IMG/VR virus record: IMGVR_UViG_3300035365_000057
Location: 12,555-76,554 of that record
DNA: 64,000 nt
Direction: 5' to 3' (one strand)
DNA from: a virus
Taxonomy: Duplodnaviria; Caudoviricetes
In this document: positions 48,979-64,000 of the stretch, piece after piece
Position numbering within the stretch: the stretch's first letter is position 1
Layout of the letters: each line of letters begins with the position of its first letter
Made by a program: the position numbers and the translations under genes
Notes under the pieces: generated by a model
Seen by the model: only the letters and a program-made list of their open reading frames with translations
Told to the model about the DNA's origin: nothing
Databases searched by the model: none

Positions 48979-49012
48979 ATAGCCCTGATAGCAATTAAGT
49001 TATCAGGGCTAT
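48979..49012. terminator. Bidirectional terminator at the convergence of the plus and minus blocks
   Basis: ATAGCCCTGATA/TATCAGGGCTAT 12-bp stem flanked by A and T tracts. Confidence 0.8.
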
Positions 49013-49057
49013 ATTTTTTATAAGTAAAATTAATATCTGAGAATCTATATAGAAACT

Positions 49058-52000
49058 TTAGAAGCTCATCAATTGATTCTATAAATAATTTCGTTTAGAT
49101 TTTGGATCTTGTGCTTCAATAATACTTCTAAAAGGTGTTACCTTTATAATATTTTTTAAAATTCTTGGCATTCCTTCGTATACACCTCTATCGATTATAT
49201 CAAAAGGTCCTTTTCCTCCGAAGTATGTAAATGGATTAAATAATCCTATAATATTAGAAGCATTCTCCAAAGTTGAAAATGCTGCTGTTGGAGATTTAAT
49301 CATTGAAACAAATTCAAATGGATTATACATAGTTCTAAATTCAAATGCAGATCGCAATGCCAAATATGTAATAGACTAGAATAACCAATTATCATAATCA
49401 TCATCACCGTCTACAATTGCAGCCATTGTTAAAGCTACTGTTGTAGAACCAGCTATCAATAGCATGTCATATAATACTTTTTTAACAGCATATTGCTCAT
49501 ATTCCTACATATTATCATAATCAGCTAATAACTGAGTAAGAGCAAAATGTCTATTTCCAATTACATTCTTTAAAAATTTTCCAGTAACCCAATAATATCC
49601 ATCTTCTATTACTCCTAAATCCAAATTGAAATGTCTTCTTTTAAATCTGTCGTGCAAACCCTATATCATAAAGTTTTTATGCATTACAACATATGCAGTT
49701 ATTGCATTTGCATGTATAGCTGACTTATCAACCTCTCTAAGAGTTCCGTCTATTCGTTTACTTATTATCTCTATTCTATTTCTAACATCATTCAATAATT
49801 TGTTTGTTACATATTTAGAATATTTATCAGATAATATTGTATCTCCATTTGGTAATTCCTCATACGCATCATATAAATTTGTATCCAATTGTGAAAACAT
49901 TACTTTACCTTTTTTTCTGTTAGCTGGATAGAATTTATTAATGTATTCATTTTCGGACATAAATCCAACACCTTTTACAAATCTATAATTATCATATACA
50001 CTTAATAAAGTGTGACTCTTAACAACGTAATCAGATTGGGTATAACCCATATACCAGAAGTTCTAATTAATAGATCTTAATACCTAGCTCTAATCGAGTC
50101 TATCGAATAATTCTCTATTCTCTTTTACAACCTGATTTAGCATCATAAGATATGCTAATTTTCCTTTCGGAACTGGATTACCTATATTTTCCATCATACT
50201 TGGTAATTGTCTTTGAAATTCCTATATAGCAAATCTTAAATTCTTAGTATTAAAAAATCTACCTAATTTAGATTCCATAGTAGTATACGTAGTATCTGTA
50301 AAGAAACTAGTTGCTATAGACCATATATTACCAGATAGATTTACTTTAGTAATAAAAGATCTTAGTAAATTTAATAACTTAGATACATTTATTTCTTTGC
50401 CGAATATTTCTGTTTGAATAGGATTAACTTTTCTACCATAAAGTATTCTATCAACTAATAACTGTGCCTATTGATAAACATTAGTAGATCCTGCGGTTTT
50501 AATTCCTCTTTTTGTAGAGATCTATATTTGTTTTAATAGATTCAATAACATTTCAATATCATCCTATTTACTACTCATATTTTTATAATTAGCAGCCATA
50601 TCATAATATTGAACTACCGCAGCAACAGCATCAGTACTAATAGTATTCGGATCATCTAACATTTTTATATACCTAGTAGGTATTACTTTTATAGGGTCAC
50701 CATTAGGCATTGTTGAATAATCTTCTACAAAATCTAAATCGTCAGACTATGTTTGAATAACTTCTTCAAAACTATATTTGATAGATCCAAGAACACCTTT
50801 TCTTCCTATAACTTGCATATATCTAGCAGGTATTTGAGGCATTCTTGTATCATCGTGATTAACCAAGAAAGAAATATAAGAATTAGCTTTCAACATTGTA
50901 TCTGTTATCTAATCATATAATTCTTTTACTTCTGGTTTATTAGCCATTTCGTTGTACGCTTTACTATTATCATACAATTTCTTGTTAGGCTGAATTGATG
51001 GACCATTTGGATCGAAATCTTTATTATACCAATCAGAACTAGGATCTACATCACTATACTTATTTATAGGTATTATTTCAGTATATTTTTCAATATATTC
51101 ATCTTTTGGTTTTAATTGAGTATAATAAGATGCCGGTCTCATTTGTCCTCTGTTATCTTCGTAGTGATTAGCATCAAACCATTCCTAGAATTTACCATTT
51201 TCTCTAGCAATATTTGCGTCTCTATAATATTCATCGGTAGGTACAACCTCAGCGAAATTAGAAAATTTATCGAGTAATCCATCCGGATCGTCTACTTTTT
51301 CATACGTACGCAGATCAGCAATATCTTTATCTAACTATAATATTGATGCTTTTTCAATATCAGATAATGAATCGGCTTTTACTGTACCAGTTACTGGATC
51401 TCTAAATAATCGTAATATATATCTTCTCTTTTCTCTTAATTCGTATTCAGTATCACTAGTTTCATTATGTGATAACTTTTCTATTCGTTTATAGAATTCT
51501 TCAGTATATACTTTTTGAGTATTTCTCTAGTACCATAATTTATATTCTTCAGAATCTGCACCGTATTTAGCGATTACTTTATTTTTAATTTTATTAAATC
51601 TTTCCTGATCTGTTTTATATTTTATATGACTTTTGACAGTTTCATTAAATTCTCTTAATTCCTTAGATATTTGAAGAGCATCACCAGTTTTAGAACTTCC
51701 ATCTAAGTTAAAAGGATTGGCTAATAGAGCTTTCTATTTTCTTAAATCCATAAGTATACGATACTCTGATTCAGATAATAAGTTATCATATTCAACTCCA
51801 TCAATTGTTATGGGAGATGTTATATTATCTATGAATGTATCTATCTCTTCTATAGCTTGTTTTGTTTTAAATGATAACATCTTATTTTTAAGAGTATAAT
51901 ATTCAGATTTAAATCTTCTATTAGAATGAGAATTATGGAATTCATTAATACTACTATACCATTTATTTTGAATATTCTCGTCATCAGGTATCTGCCACAT

Positions 52001-54493
52001 ACCGTTTTCATCTTTTTTGATACCTAATTTATCTGCTAACTTCTAGATAAATTCCTATTTGTCTTTATGATGTTGACCATAATTAATAGGCATTACTTTA
52101 TTTCCAGATAAAGTACCATCATTCAAACGTTCGTATAATAATTTTTGAACATCATTACCATATTTTTCTTTAGCCTTATTTAATGTTTTTACTAATGATA
52201 CTCCAACTTCCATAGTTTCTCTATCAGTCTGATTCATAGTATCATTTAATATTTTAGCTATTGATGTAATAACAGCATTACTACTATTACTAGACATGCC
52301 AGCCCATAATTGTATGATAGAAGTATCTCTATCAGGATTATTTATCCAATTTATAACATTATCTACAAATTCTTGTGGCATATTATTTTGAGATAAGTAA
52401 TTCTATAAATCCTGTATAGCTTTTCTCTTTTTAACATTGTTAAAACGATTGTTTATCATACTAATTTGGTTGGAAATTGTAATAAAATTATTATACAATT
52501 CGTCATAATTATTCATATCTTTGAATATATCTGTAGTATCCATAAGATATATAATATTATCAACCAATGGTTTATAGAAGCCTATAAAATCTCTAGAAAG
52601 TTGATTTATTTGTTTAGAATTGATTTCATTTATAGGTCTACTTAAGAATTTTATACTATCACCTAAACTATCAGATACGTGATTCATAAATTGTATAATA
52701 CCTTGTTCTGCCTCAGAATTTTGTAGCTATTGAATTACAGTAGTCAATTTATTCCATACTTTAGGATTTTTATTAGTATATCTCTTTATTGAATTTAATC
52801 TTTCTTTAAGACCTTTTTGAATATTCTAGTATAATTTATCTACTTCTGTTTGATATTCTGATGAAACTTTATTATACTATCTATATGCGCCATCATTAGC
52901 ATTATATGTATCAATATCTCCATCATTAACTTTATCCAACAAATCAAGTATTTTATTCTATAAATTTACTAATCTATCGTCTAAAGTTACTTTGGTATTA
53001 AAGTCAGTACCAAATAATTTATTTATTACAGTAAGTAATGCATTTTTAAGTAATTCAAATATACCAACAGATTGAATTTTAAGTCTTGTTCTAAAGTTAG
53101 TATTACTCATGAATTCATTTAAGAATTCTATAGCAGAATCATTATCGCCAAGACCATACCAATCTGTACCTATTTTATCTCTATAATAGTTCTAGAATGT
53201 TTTTAATTCCTCTGCAAACTGTTTATTATTATCATAGTATTTCTATAAATAATGGTGTAATAATTCATGAGCAATATCCTCAGCAATCTACTAATAACTC
53301 TAAGTACTAATTATATCTGATTGTAAGTTGACAGCACCATCGTACCATGCTACAGCATTAGATTTAGGTCTACCTTCATGTATTATAAGCTAAGTACCAT
53401 GCTCTTTTAATTTAGATAATAATTCTTTGGTAGCTCCATTTATATTCTTATTTAAAAGAAAATCTATGATTTCAGAAGTATTAGAAAATTCTCCTATTTC
53501 TTTTAATATATCTTCACTATAAGTATCATTTAATTCATCAATTATATCATTCTACTATTTGTAGTAAATGTTGTCATCAAATTGTGAAAATGTTCCTTGA
53601 TTATCTATTGATTTTATTTGATTTGGATCTTTTACTATTATTTCATAATTTTCTTCGACTAACTGTTTAGAATTAATATTTGGAATTATTCCATCATATT
53701 TGTTTATTTCTTCTACAGCATCATTCCATTTTTTATTAACGTCAAAATCTAACTCTTCTTTTGATTTTTCTTGAAGTTGTGTTTGTAAATCTATAAGTTT
53801 ATTTTTGTAATGCTCCAGATATTGCTTAGCTATTTCATTATGCATTGAACCTTCTTCTCTATAACTATCATAATCTGGGTCATTACCGTATAACTTTTCT
53901 TCATAGTCTTTAATAGAAAATTCAACTACATCAATATCTTTTTGAATTTTTTCTCTTAATGTAACAGATTTTGCTTTTTCCCTACCAAACGAATCTGTCA
54001 TTTGAAATTTTTCTTTAGGAACAGGATTTTTAATACTAAGATAAACTGGTTTTATAACATTGCCGTACATTTCTGAAACATCTTTTCTTGGAGAAAAATA
54101 AAATCCTAATCCCCAATCTCCTGGGTCAGTAGTTCCCCTAAATTCTCTAGAAAAAGCATCAAATTCGTTTACTGTGCCATGATAAACAATTAGCGGTTCA
54201 CCATTCTCATCTACTACTTTGGATACTTCAGTTTTATCTTCAGTCAACCAATCACCAAACCATTCTTTAAAAGCATACGAGTATGCTTTAGATTTAGCCT
54301 AAATAGCTTTAGTTCTATCACCATTATAATGTTCTAGAAGATCTGAGAATAACTTAGAATCATTACCATTAGGAGCTTTATCTAAAGCATTACCATTATT
54401 CTAATCCCAAAGATAGTAGGCTTGGTTTTCGCCTACTATCTCTACTAATTCCTTCCATTCTGGAAGATTCTTATTTGGACAATATTTATTCAT
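49058..54493 (-). CDS. Large polyvalent virion protein (1811 aa, TAG read-through) with ADP-ribosyltransferase-like and HExxH domains
   Basis: ATG 54493 MNKYCPNKNLPEWKELV; all seven track fragments share the frame of TAA 49058; VVDENGEPLIVYHGT...GFYFS; HELLH at 53255-53269. Not every codon checked. Confidence 0.8.
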
Positions 54494-54494
54494 A

Positions 54495-57400
54495 TTATAA
54501 ATCACATATAAATTTGTTAATTAAACCTTCCATTTCTTCATTAGTAGAAGGATTTTCTTTACGTAATAGCTGAGTAAACTCATTAAGTTTAGTATCTATT
54601 TGATTATCATCGATAACCATGTCTTTACTCAAATCTGTTAAGTATGATCTCATTTTCTATATAGCATCAACTTCCATCTATGTTATTCTATTGAAATCAT
54701 TAGATGAAACGGTATTATAAGTTTTTTCATATGAAATATTGTTAGTAACGTTTTCAGGTTCTTCTTTTGTTTCCAATACACCGTGATCACTTTCGTCAAT
54801 AGAATCTTCATCTTCTTGATATACCATATCCTATATCTGATTAAAATTACCATTATAAACTGGAATATCCCTTAACGGAAACATTTTGGAATTCTTACTA
54901 AACGCTAAGTCATACCACAATTCTCTTTCAAAAGAATCAGCCATATCAACTAAAGCTTCTTGATTATTTAAAGCTTCGGCATAGTTATACTCATTTTCTT
55001 TATTGAAATCAAATCTTGTACTGGTGCCGTATTCATATATTTGATGTCCGCGATACTTATAACCTTTCTTTGATACCAAACCATATAATGGAATATATTG
55101 TGTATTGCCATATTGATCATATTTTCTACAGTATCCTATTAATTTATAAACATGATAGTTATTTATACCATATCCCTATAAATCATTTATTTTAATAAAT
55201 GGTGGAAATACCGGTAAAATATCATCATCTACTTTGGTCCAATTCAACGGTTTTATTTGTGGAGTATCTTTTCCGAATCGTATACCAGCAATTATATTTG
55301 GAACTACTTTATTTTCATCAGTAAATGATATACTTAAAAGTTTATTGTTATTCTTATCGTAATAGTCTATAGGTCTAACCAATTTATCATTAGTCCAACC
55401 GTTTAAGAATACATCTTCTTTTGAAGAAGTATAATCATTTGAAGTATTTGATAATTGATTCAGAATATTACGTATGTAATCAGTATATCCAATTTGAATT
55501 CTATAACTATTTGGAACAAACTAGAAGAAAGTATTCATACCCGGATTATCTGCAGATGTCAAGAACGCATATACAACCAGATCTTTGAATAATTTACTTA
55601 TCTGAGGATCGGAATCTTCTATAAGTTCTCTCCAATAGTTTATTAAATTATTAGCCGTAGCCTAATCTGTATCTAATAGTTTGCTAGTATCGATGAAGTC
55701 TAAGCCATTATTTATCTTGCCATCACTAATATTTGGAACAAGATAAGATATAAAATCATTGGCAAATGTTCCATCGTCATTAAGTAAATGAACAAGTCTT
55801 TCGTTTTTCTTCTTTATCAATTGCTAGAAATTATTTATACGCTTAGCCATAGACATACCACCAGTAAACATACCGTTTACGTCAATGTTATTATCTTCGA
55901 TAAACTTATTAAAGAATTCTGCTTTAATCTGTCCTTCCATACCAGATATTACAGAATTTAATAATTTTTTATCAGCATTGTTTTGTCTACCTAATAATTT
56001 TAATATTTCGTTTTGTTGAGATATAAAAGAATCTGTATTCCTAAGAAGTAAATTTCTAAAGATAGATATTCCAAACGGAATAGCGTTATCTGTTTTTCTC
56101 TATATAAACGTTTCGTTAAAGAATTTCTCTATAGATCCTTCCTAGAAATGAGTATCATCTTTCATAGCTAACATTCCATTATAGTATACTAACTATTCAG
56201 CAAAAGATTTACCAGTCTTTTTTGTATCAATCTTAGAATATTTAACAAGATTGGCTAGAGCGTCTGCATATGGTTTAATCATCTTATAAGCATAATACAT
56301 TCGTACCTATTGCTCATTATATGACATACCATCACCAAGAACGTCAATACTAGATTTATCAGCAAACAGTAATTCTCTTGTGGAAGATGTTTCTATTGTT
56401 TTACCATCTACCTCTTTAGTATACGTATCAAATATATCAGAATATACCTAAGAAGCTAGTTTATTATTCTTATTTATAGTATCGTATTTCTTTCTAAGTT
56501 TCTTATCTGGATCATATTTACTTAAAACACTTTCTATAGCTTCATTCTCAAGCTGAGAAGGTGTTTTTGTTCTATCTATGCCATACTTACCCTTAGTTTT
56601 GAGAACTGCATCAGCCATCTCTTTAAGAATAGGTTGTGACATAAAATAGAATGTCTATTTGCCTTTACCAGTTCTCAATAAGAATGCTACCATATTATAC
56701 GTCCAAGCATTCACATTCAATCTAGTAATATAAGGATCCTTAGCGATATCCACAAAACCATTAATCATTGCTGATAACCAATCTAGAATTCTACCTCCTT
56801 TTGGTTGTAATGCTGTAGGATGATCAAATATTCTACTAACATCATTTATCTTTAATGCTTTTGTAAATTCATTAGAAACCATTCGTAAACCAGTTAACTA
56901 TGTTAATATATGATGTGCATTATTTAATGCAAACGGGCCAATACCTGATTTACCAACCGTATATTCAGATTTTCTAGCTTCTTGGTAAGATGGTGTATAT
57001 ACTCCGAAAGGAGTAGCATACGTGTTCTATCTACCACTTTCTATATCCTTCAGAACAGCCTTAACATTATCTGTAGCGATATCAATAGATAATTTTAATT
57101 GATTTGTATTCTCTTTAGTAAGTAATACTCTTAAATAATTACGAATCAATTCATTCTTATATGCCGATTTAACATCTTCATTAGTAAGAGCATCATCTTG
57201 ATATATTATTTTGCCATTCTTATTATAAGAATATCTAGCAACATAAAGTTTATCGATATCGAAGTCAGAACCAGTTAATTTGGTAAAATCTTCTGGTAAC
57301 ATTATCGTATCACCCATTATTTCAGGGAATACATCTACAAAACGTAATGGAGATATAGATGCTATAGATTGCGTTGGAATACGATAGCCTATTGCAGAAG

Positions 57401-60400
57401 CTTCAGCATTTTCACCGATAATATTATGATCTATTAACCACTGTCTAGCTTCAGTAAATGTCATATTACTATAGTTAGGTATTATATATTTAAATAAGTT
57501 AATACTTACTATAGAATCCATAGAGCCATCTTTATCATTTATTGGTTTAAGATATTTTCCATTGCCAAGCATACTAGGAGTAACAACATCCAAACTGGTA
57601 GCTTCCTAACCGAATACAGATCTCTGAATAAATGCACCTCCTGGCAAATGTACGTCAACTATCTCTTTATTTATCATCGATATGAAACGGCTTTCTAACC
57701 ATTTATTATCGGACAATGCAGATAATGGTATCACAAAAGCATCGTCTTTAGTTGCTAATCCTGATACTATATTATCATTAGCATCAGATTCTCTAGCATC
57801 CTATAATAACATATCAGACAAAGCGGCTATTTTAACATTACCATTCCTATCAAATAATTTATCGTATATATCTTGTTTGCCTAGATCTGATAATTTATTT
57901 ATTGCTCCAATGACATTATCTTTTATTTCATTTCCGGTAACTTTATCACCTTCTTTTCCATACAAATCGTCAAGTCTAAGATTTGATAAGTTTACTTTCA
58001 TGAACTGAGTACCTAACATTTGTTCTTCGTGTGTGTGCGGATTAGTTTCTAATTGCTGTCTTATATACTTATATTTTTGTTTATAAGTGGTAATATTATC
58101 AAGATTATTTAATACCTTGTATCCAGCTTCCAATCTATCCATCATTTCTGCAGATAAAATAGTTTGCCCATCTTTCAATTCTATTTCTGAATCAGATGCA
58201 TCTTTATACATCTTAGCCGGATTTACAGAACCAGCTTTAACAGCAGAATTGAACATAAACATGTCTACACGTTTATTAGGATCTTCGTCTACCATTTTAT
58301 CATACAAGACTTTGATATCTCCTGTAGCTACAGATTTAAATAATGGGAACAATGCCATCTTATTGAAATATGGTACACCTAAACCAGGAACATCGAATCT
58401 AGTTCCAAATGCTACATATTTCATAGCATTTAAAATAACTTTATTAGCTTTAGCGTACAAATCTTTATCAGATTCCCATTTATCTGCTGTTTCTGGATTT
58501 GTCAGTATATCGAATGCTTTCTTTATATCATCAGACCATACACCTCTCATTCGAAGTAAATTCTCTGTCATCTTAGGGCTGATATATACTGCAGCATCGG
58601 CCACATTTATTTCAGATTCATAACCTTCTACTTCTCGATTAGTAGCCATATTAGCATACTTATAAGCTTCCGGATATTTCTATTTGATATCATCTTTTGA
58701 TAAATCCTTTACATCATTCCAAGCTTTTTCACCATGCATTTGTATTATGGTCTCTCTCAAGTTACCGTCAAAGAAAAGATTCTTATATATATTATATTGC
58801 CTACTCTTTACTTCATGGTCTTTGAGTTCTGCAACAGTATATTCATCTGATTCTAACGGAGCATTGAAGAAGTCCAATCTATTATTTAAACCAGTAGAAG
58901 TTAATGATCCCAAACGTTTAATCTTATCTACGGATATATCTGTTATTCCATTTCTGTCGTATTTTACTTTATAATAAGCAGGAGAACCACTAAACAGTTT
59001 TTCAATTTCTTGAATAGATATTATACTGTTTATGGTATAATCTGCGATCATATCATATACTGCAAAACCTTCAGAATTAACAGAATCGAAACCACCGTAT
59101 CGTTTCTTCCTTTCATCTAATACTTCATCATCTAAAAGATTATTACGTAAAGACCAAATATTCATTTGATCATTAGCTGTAATTATACCATTATCGATAC
59201 AATATTGTAATTCATCTTTAATTCTTGTAGCTAGAACACCGCTTAAGAATCGTTTCTTTGTTTCTCTACTAAGATTAAAGAAATATTCTTTTGCCGTCTA
59301 TAGATTTTCTTTAGCTGTCTTTGTTGGATCATTGAAACTAATAAATTCTTTATTTGTATATATTCCCGTTAAGAATAAGAATCTAGTTCCATTACCTTCT
59401 AGAGTTACTTTATGTTTAACTCCATCTTTATCTGTATATTGATATGTATTCGGTGTATGAAAGTTTTTAATTCTTCTTTCTTTTGGTAACCAATCATTAT
59501 TTATAGTACCATCTTCATTATAGTGAATACCATCTTTTACATGATTTGGATCATCATCAATTTGTCTTAAACATAATTCTATTTGATTTAATTCGTCTTC
59601 ACAATATCCTAAGATAGTATCTATAGTCTAATCACCAAATGTTATATAATACTTACCGTTTTCTGTAGGAGTAAATTGTACAGCTTCGTGTGGTAATTTT
59701 ACTCCGGTTATCATATGATAAGTTTTCTTATCAGCTACAGTAGGGAATATTATTCTGTCTTTCTAAACGAAAGCCATCTTTGCTAAATAGTCTTCTCTGT
59801 CAGTAATACCAAAGTAATCTCTACCAGAATCATAAGTAGAAGTATTATCTTTAAAATTAATGAATGTTTCTACTTTAAGATTTGCACCTTGTTCAGCAGA
59901 TTTAAGCAAAATAGAATTTTGATTATATACTACAGATTTTAGTTGATCTCTAACTTCTTCATCATTTACCAATTCATTAACACGGTCTTTAGCAAAATTA
60001 TTCTAAGATACCATATAATACGAATTACCATCAGGACCAATACTGCTTAGACTTCTATCTGTAGCATGAACCTCAGCGTAGTTGTTAGCTAATTCTTTAA
60101 CAAAACCATTATTATTCCATACTTCAGATGGTTTAAATGTCTTGTCGTATAAACTTATTTGATCTACAGTATTATCTTTAGATATAGATTTTAATACACT
60201 TTCTAAAGTTGTTATGATACTATCTATACCACCGAAATGCATTCTAGAATTAACAAAAGAATTCAGAAGAGTATATTGATCCATAGACGGATTTCCATAA
60301 TCTCCAGACTATAACATATTATTTATAGTAGGAACATCTATTCCAATTCCAACAGTATTTAATATACTTACTATCTGCGATTTGAGCCAGTCTTGATTAC

Positions 60401-63400
60401 CAGAAATATGTAAATCAATCTTATTACTTCCTATAACCAATTCACCTCTGTTCTGAGTAAAAGCTGTTTTAATAGAATTCAATGCTTTTATTATGCGGTT
60501 TATACCGTTTTTAGCATTGTCTGTAGTTTCAACCTTACCTTCTTTATTATAATGAAATAAACCAGAACTTATAAATAAATACTGAGACCATACTCTAGGA
60601 TATATTGCAGCTTTTATATCTACGGTATTATCTTTTATTTCAATTTTATTGAAATCAGTTTCAGTATCTTTATTTATGGCAACAGTTACGAAATTGTTAA
60701 CGTCACCTGTTAATACCGTCTCTATCTTAGTTAACAAAGCCTCCGCATTTGCAGAACCGTTTATAGATTTTTGTATTTCTGATTGCAATTTAAATACAAA
60801 AGATTTGTAAAATAAGTCGCCGTTCTAAGCCAAATTATTTGCTTTAATTAATATCTAAGATATTGTTCTGCAATTATGAAGGTCTTTTAATACTTTTGTC
60901 CAAGCAATATTACTATCAACAAACATTGGGAAATTAGTATAAGGATCTTGTTTTACAACAGCTATACCGTTTTTACCAATCTTGTAATCAGGAATTGTTT
61001 GTATAAAGAATTTTACTTCAGCGGGAGCATTATCTTTTATTGATATATTCATACCTTCTACAGTATGCTGACCGATATTTACTCCTTCTGCACCTTCTTC
61101 AATTTTACTTATATTATCAGATTCATTTCTATCAACTGCTCGTATACCAAGATTCTTTAAACGTATGGCGACTTCTTTAGAAAATATATTATCAAAATTG
61201 TCATATATTTCCTACATTACAGGATTTGGATATTTATATAACTGTGCACCTATTACTAATTTAAGACGATCAAATGTAGGTTTTTCTTCATTAAGATCAG
61301 CATAGTTGATAGAGTGACCATCCGAAAATGCAACATTAAAGAAAGCATACAGTAAACTCTTGCAAATATCATCGAATTGTTTTTGTTTCTGTATATGCTG
61401 GAACTTGTATCCGTTTACTTCATAATTGGGTCCTTTACCCTAATATATGTTTCTGAATCTTTCTACGTTCTATTCACTTGGTTTTATACCAGAGAACTTT
61501 CCTCTATTTATTTGAGAATATAATTTAGCAAGACCATAAGATCCAGTTCTCACCCACAATCTTATAAAATCATATATTCTTCTAAACCAATTGTTTGTTT
61601 CGAAATCAAATGTCTTAGAGTCATTTAACATGAAATCTTTGAAAGAATCTGCTAACATTTCTTCTATTTCCGTGTCAGACATATTCTTTCCAAGTCTTTT
61701 ATTAAATCTCTAATATATTTTATTTCTATGTTTATCATCAATTAATAATTGAGATACTCTATGCCAAGCTTCGTGATACTAAACACCTTCTATAGAAGTA
61801 TCTGATAATAATATAGAATCTTCTGTTACTCTACCAATAACAACACCACCTGCTTCTGTTACATCAATAACACCATTTACAATTTCTGGAGTAATACCTA
61901 AGGTATTTGATAACCATTCGATAGCTTGATTAACATCCATTTTATATTCTGAATTCTTCTGCAAACCTTCTAATTCAGTCTCGACTACTTCCATATTTGG
62001 ACCTTTTCTGTTTGCAGCATCCATCATTTTTAATGTTTCTGTTATATCTACAGTGTGTATAGTACCGTTCTAATCCATTACTTGAAATCCTTTGGTACTA
62101 TCTTGTTGTTTTGCAGCAGTAGTAACCTGATTTAATGTATCTCTCTGTTCATTCGTAATCAGTTGAACATCATCCACATATAAATTAGCATTCCATAATC
62201 TATCTGCTATATCTGTTAACAATACGCCTTGTTTAATATACCAGCCTAATTCGCTGATACCGTTTGTACCATCAAGTACTATTTCGTTATTAGCATTTCG
62301 TTTTAACCCAAAATCTTTCAGTGTAAATTCAAACTTACCTGGTATCATTACAATTTTATCCAGGTTGTTATTACGCATAAACGCTCTAACCGAACTAAAT
62401 CTACCATCTTGATTTTGAACAGTATTATCTCCTCCTAACTGCAGATTTAATAAAGAATTTTCATCAACACTATAATGAAAATTATCTATAATATATTGTC
62501 GAGCCTGATTATATATATCTTTGTTACTTAATAGATCATTTACTGTAAATCTATTAGTACCCATGATTATATCACCATTCTAATCGATATAGAATATTTT
62601 CTTCTGCATTTCTGCAGCTTGATTCTAATCAAAATTAGCTGGATCAAATACCGTCTATGGGCCGATATTTACTATAAAGTCTAATAGGTGTTTATTCTCA
62701 ATATTAGTTCTGACGCCATTAGCATCTGTAAAATATTGATCATTACTAAGTAATAATTTCAGAATCAAATCAGCTACTTCTGGTTCTTCCGAGAATTTCT
62801 TAATATTTAGTTTTACTAATTTTGTGTCATTACCTCCGTCTGCTCTAGGAACTTGTATTTCCAACATTGGTTGGCCAAGATAATGTCCTCTACCACTCAT
62901 TACTCTAGAACCAAAACGTATGATGCGGTTACTTCTAGGACCAGTAGTTATACCTATTTGTGTATTCTGAGAATTGATTTTATACGGATCTTTTTCAGTA
63001 AGCCAAACAGATTCTGTTAATTTTCTGTTTTTAGGACTATTGTCATCATTCTTTTCATTAAAGAATTGACCTGTTGTCCTATGTAACATTGTAGGTACAA
63101 TTTTAGAATTGACAATCTTTTGTGATTGTCTATTTAACTCTAAAATCTTATTACGCAAATCTATTAAATTTTGTTTAATAGCCTACCATTCATTATATGA
63201 TCTTCTATCAGGATTAAATCGCTTATTAGCAATATAATCTATTCGTCTAGGTGTGCTTACTGCAGCAATGTATTCTTTACCGTTATACGGAATCATTAGA
63301 TATATAGCATCCTCAGTAATACCATTTTTATCCTTATATGGTTTTACTACAAAATACGAATTCTTACTTGCTGAACTAATGAAATCATCATTACATATCA

Positions 63401-64000
63401 CATTAGCGAGTTCATCGTTATTTAAGTATTGTTCCATTCCTTGATAAGGAATTTTCTCCCAAGAACCATCTTGTTTCTATTGTGTTAAATGGTATTCTAA
63501 TTGATGTGAATAAGGATCACTTTTTTGATTATAATTTAATTTTGGTAATTCCTACTGATCGTTTATAGACTGATTTGTTGTATTCATAGCATTTGCAGCT
63601 TCTTCGCCAACAAGTCCACTAAGAACCTCGGATAATGTAGGAATATCTACAGCCTTTTCAGATTGCTGCTTCTATTGCTCTTTAGTAGGTTGTACAGGAT
63701 TAGAATCGTTTTGCTATGCCTTCTATACTTTTGGAGAATTCTACTACTTTTTAGCTTCCTACTATTTTAATTCTTCCTGAATACGCTATTCCTCGGCCAT
63801 TTGCTATAAACGAGCACGTTCTTGTTCTTCGTATTTCTATTTTAACTTATCTTGTATTTTCTAAAGACCTGTATTAACAAATGAATTGTAAGCTAATCTA
63901 TCTTCTAATTTTTCTGATAATTCATTCAGATCATTTGTTAATTTTCTGATATTTTTAAGTTCTTCATCGGATGTTATATCTTTAGAATTGAAGAGAGATT
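54495..64000 (-). CDS. Virion RNA polymerase polyprotein (>3168 aa, start beyond window, TAG read-through)
   Basis: Sixteen track fragments share the frame of TAA 54495; catalytic GSDFDIDK at 57252-57266; HEAWH at 61761-61775. Not every codon checked. Confidence 0.85.

Noticed and set aside
1-64000. CRISPR array, rRNA, integrase or DGR
   Set aside because: No regularly spaced repeat-spacer array, rRNA-like sequence, recombinase or reverse transcriptase motif seen in this window

Overview
64-kb piece of a crAss-like (Crassvirales) Bacteroidota phage genome, probably a TAG-recoding gut lineage (inferred from gene content). It has three blocks. (1) 1-18.1 kb, minus strand: capsid/portal/terminase and accessory genes. 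The fragmented ORFs of the standard-code track join in frame when TAG is read as a sense codon (probably Gln), and an amber-suppressor tRNA (anticodon CUA) lies at 11409-11480. (2) 18.3-49.0 kb, plus strand: early and replication genes (ECF sigma, PolB, DnaB-like helicase, Sak4-like ATPase, SSB, primase, nucleases) that almost entirely avoid TAG. (3) 49.0-64 kb, minus strand: two giant recoded virion proteins, a polyvalent protein and the virion RNA polymerase (DFDID motif). The most unusual content is non-coding RNA in the plus block: a 1.25-kb array of four self-cleaving ribozymes from three classes (twister, two hatchet, HDV-like) ending at tRNA-Leu; a third hatchet; a circularly permuted two-piece tmRNA gene followed by a tRNA-like minihelix; a tRNA-Met split by a bare, TAG-dependent HNH ORF with no group I/II core; several irregular tRNAs; and a 2.1-kb hairpin-dense non-coding tract. 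Two genes absent from the ORF track have TAG as codon 2 or 3. All calls come from manual motif reading and base-pair inspection; no database searches were run.
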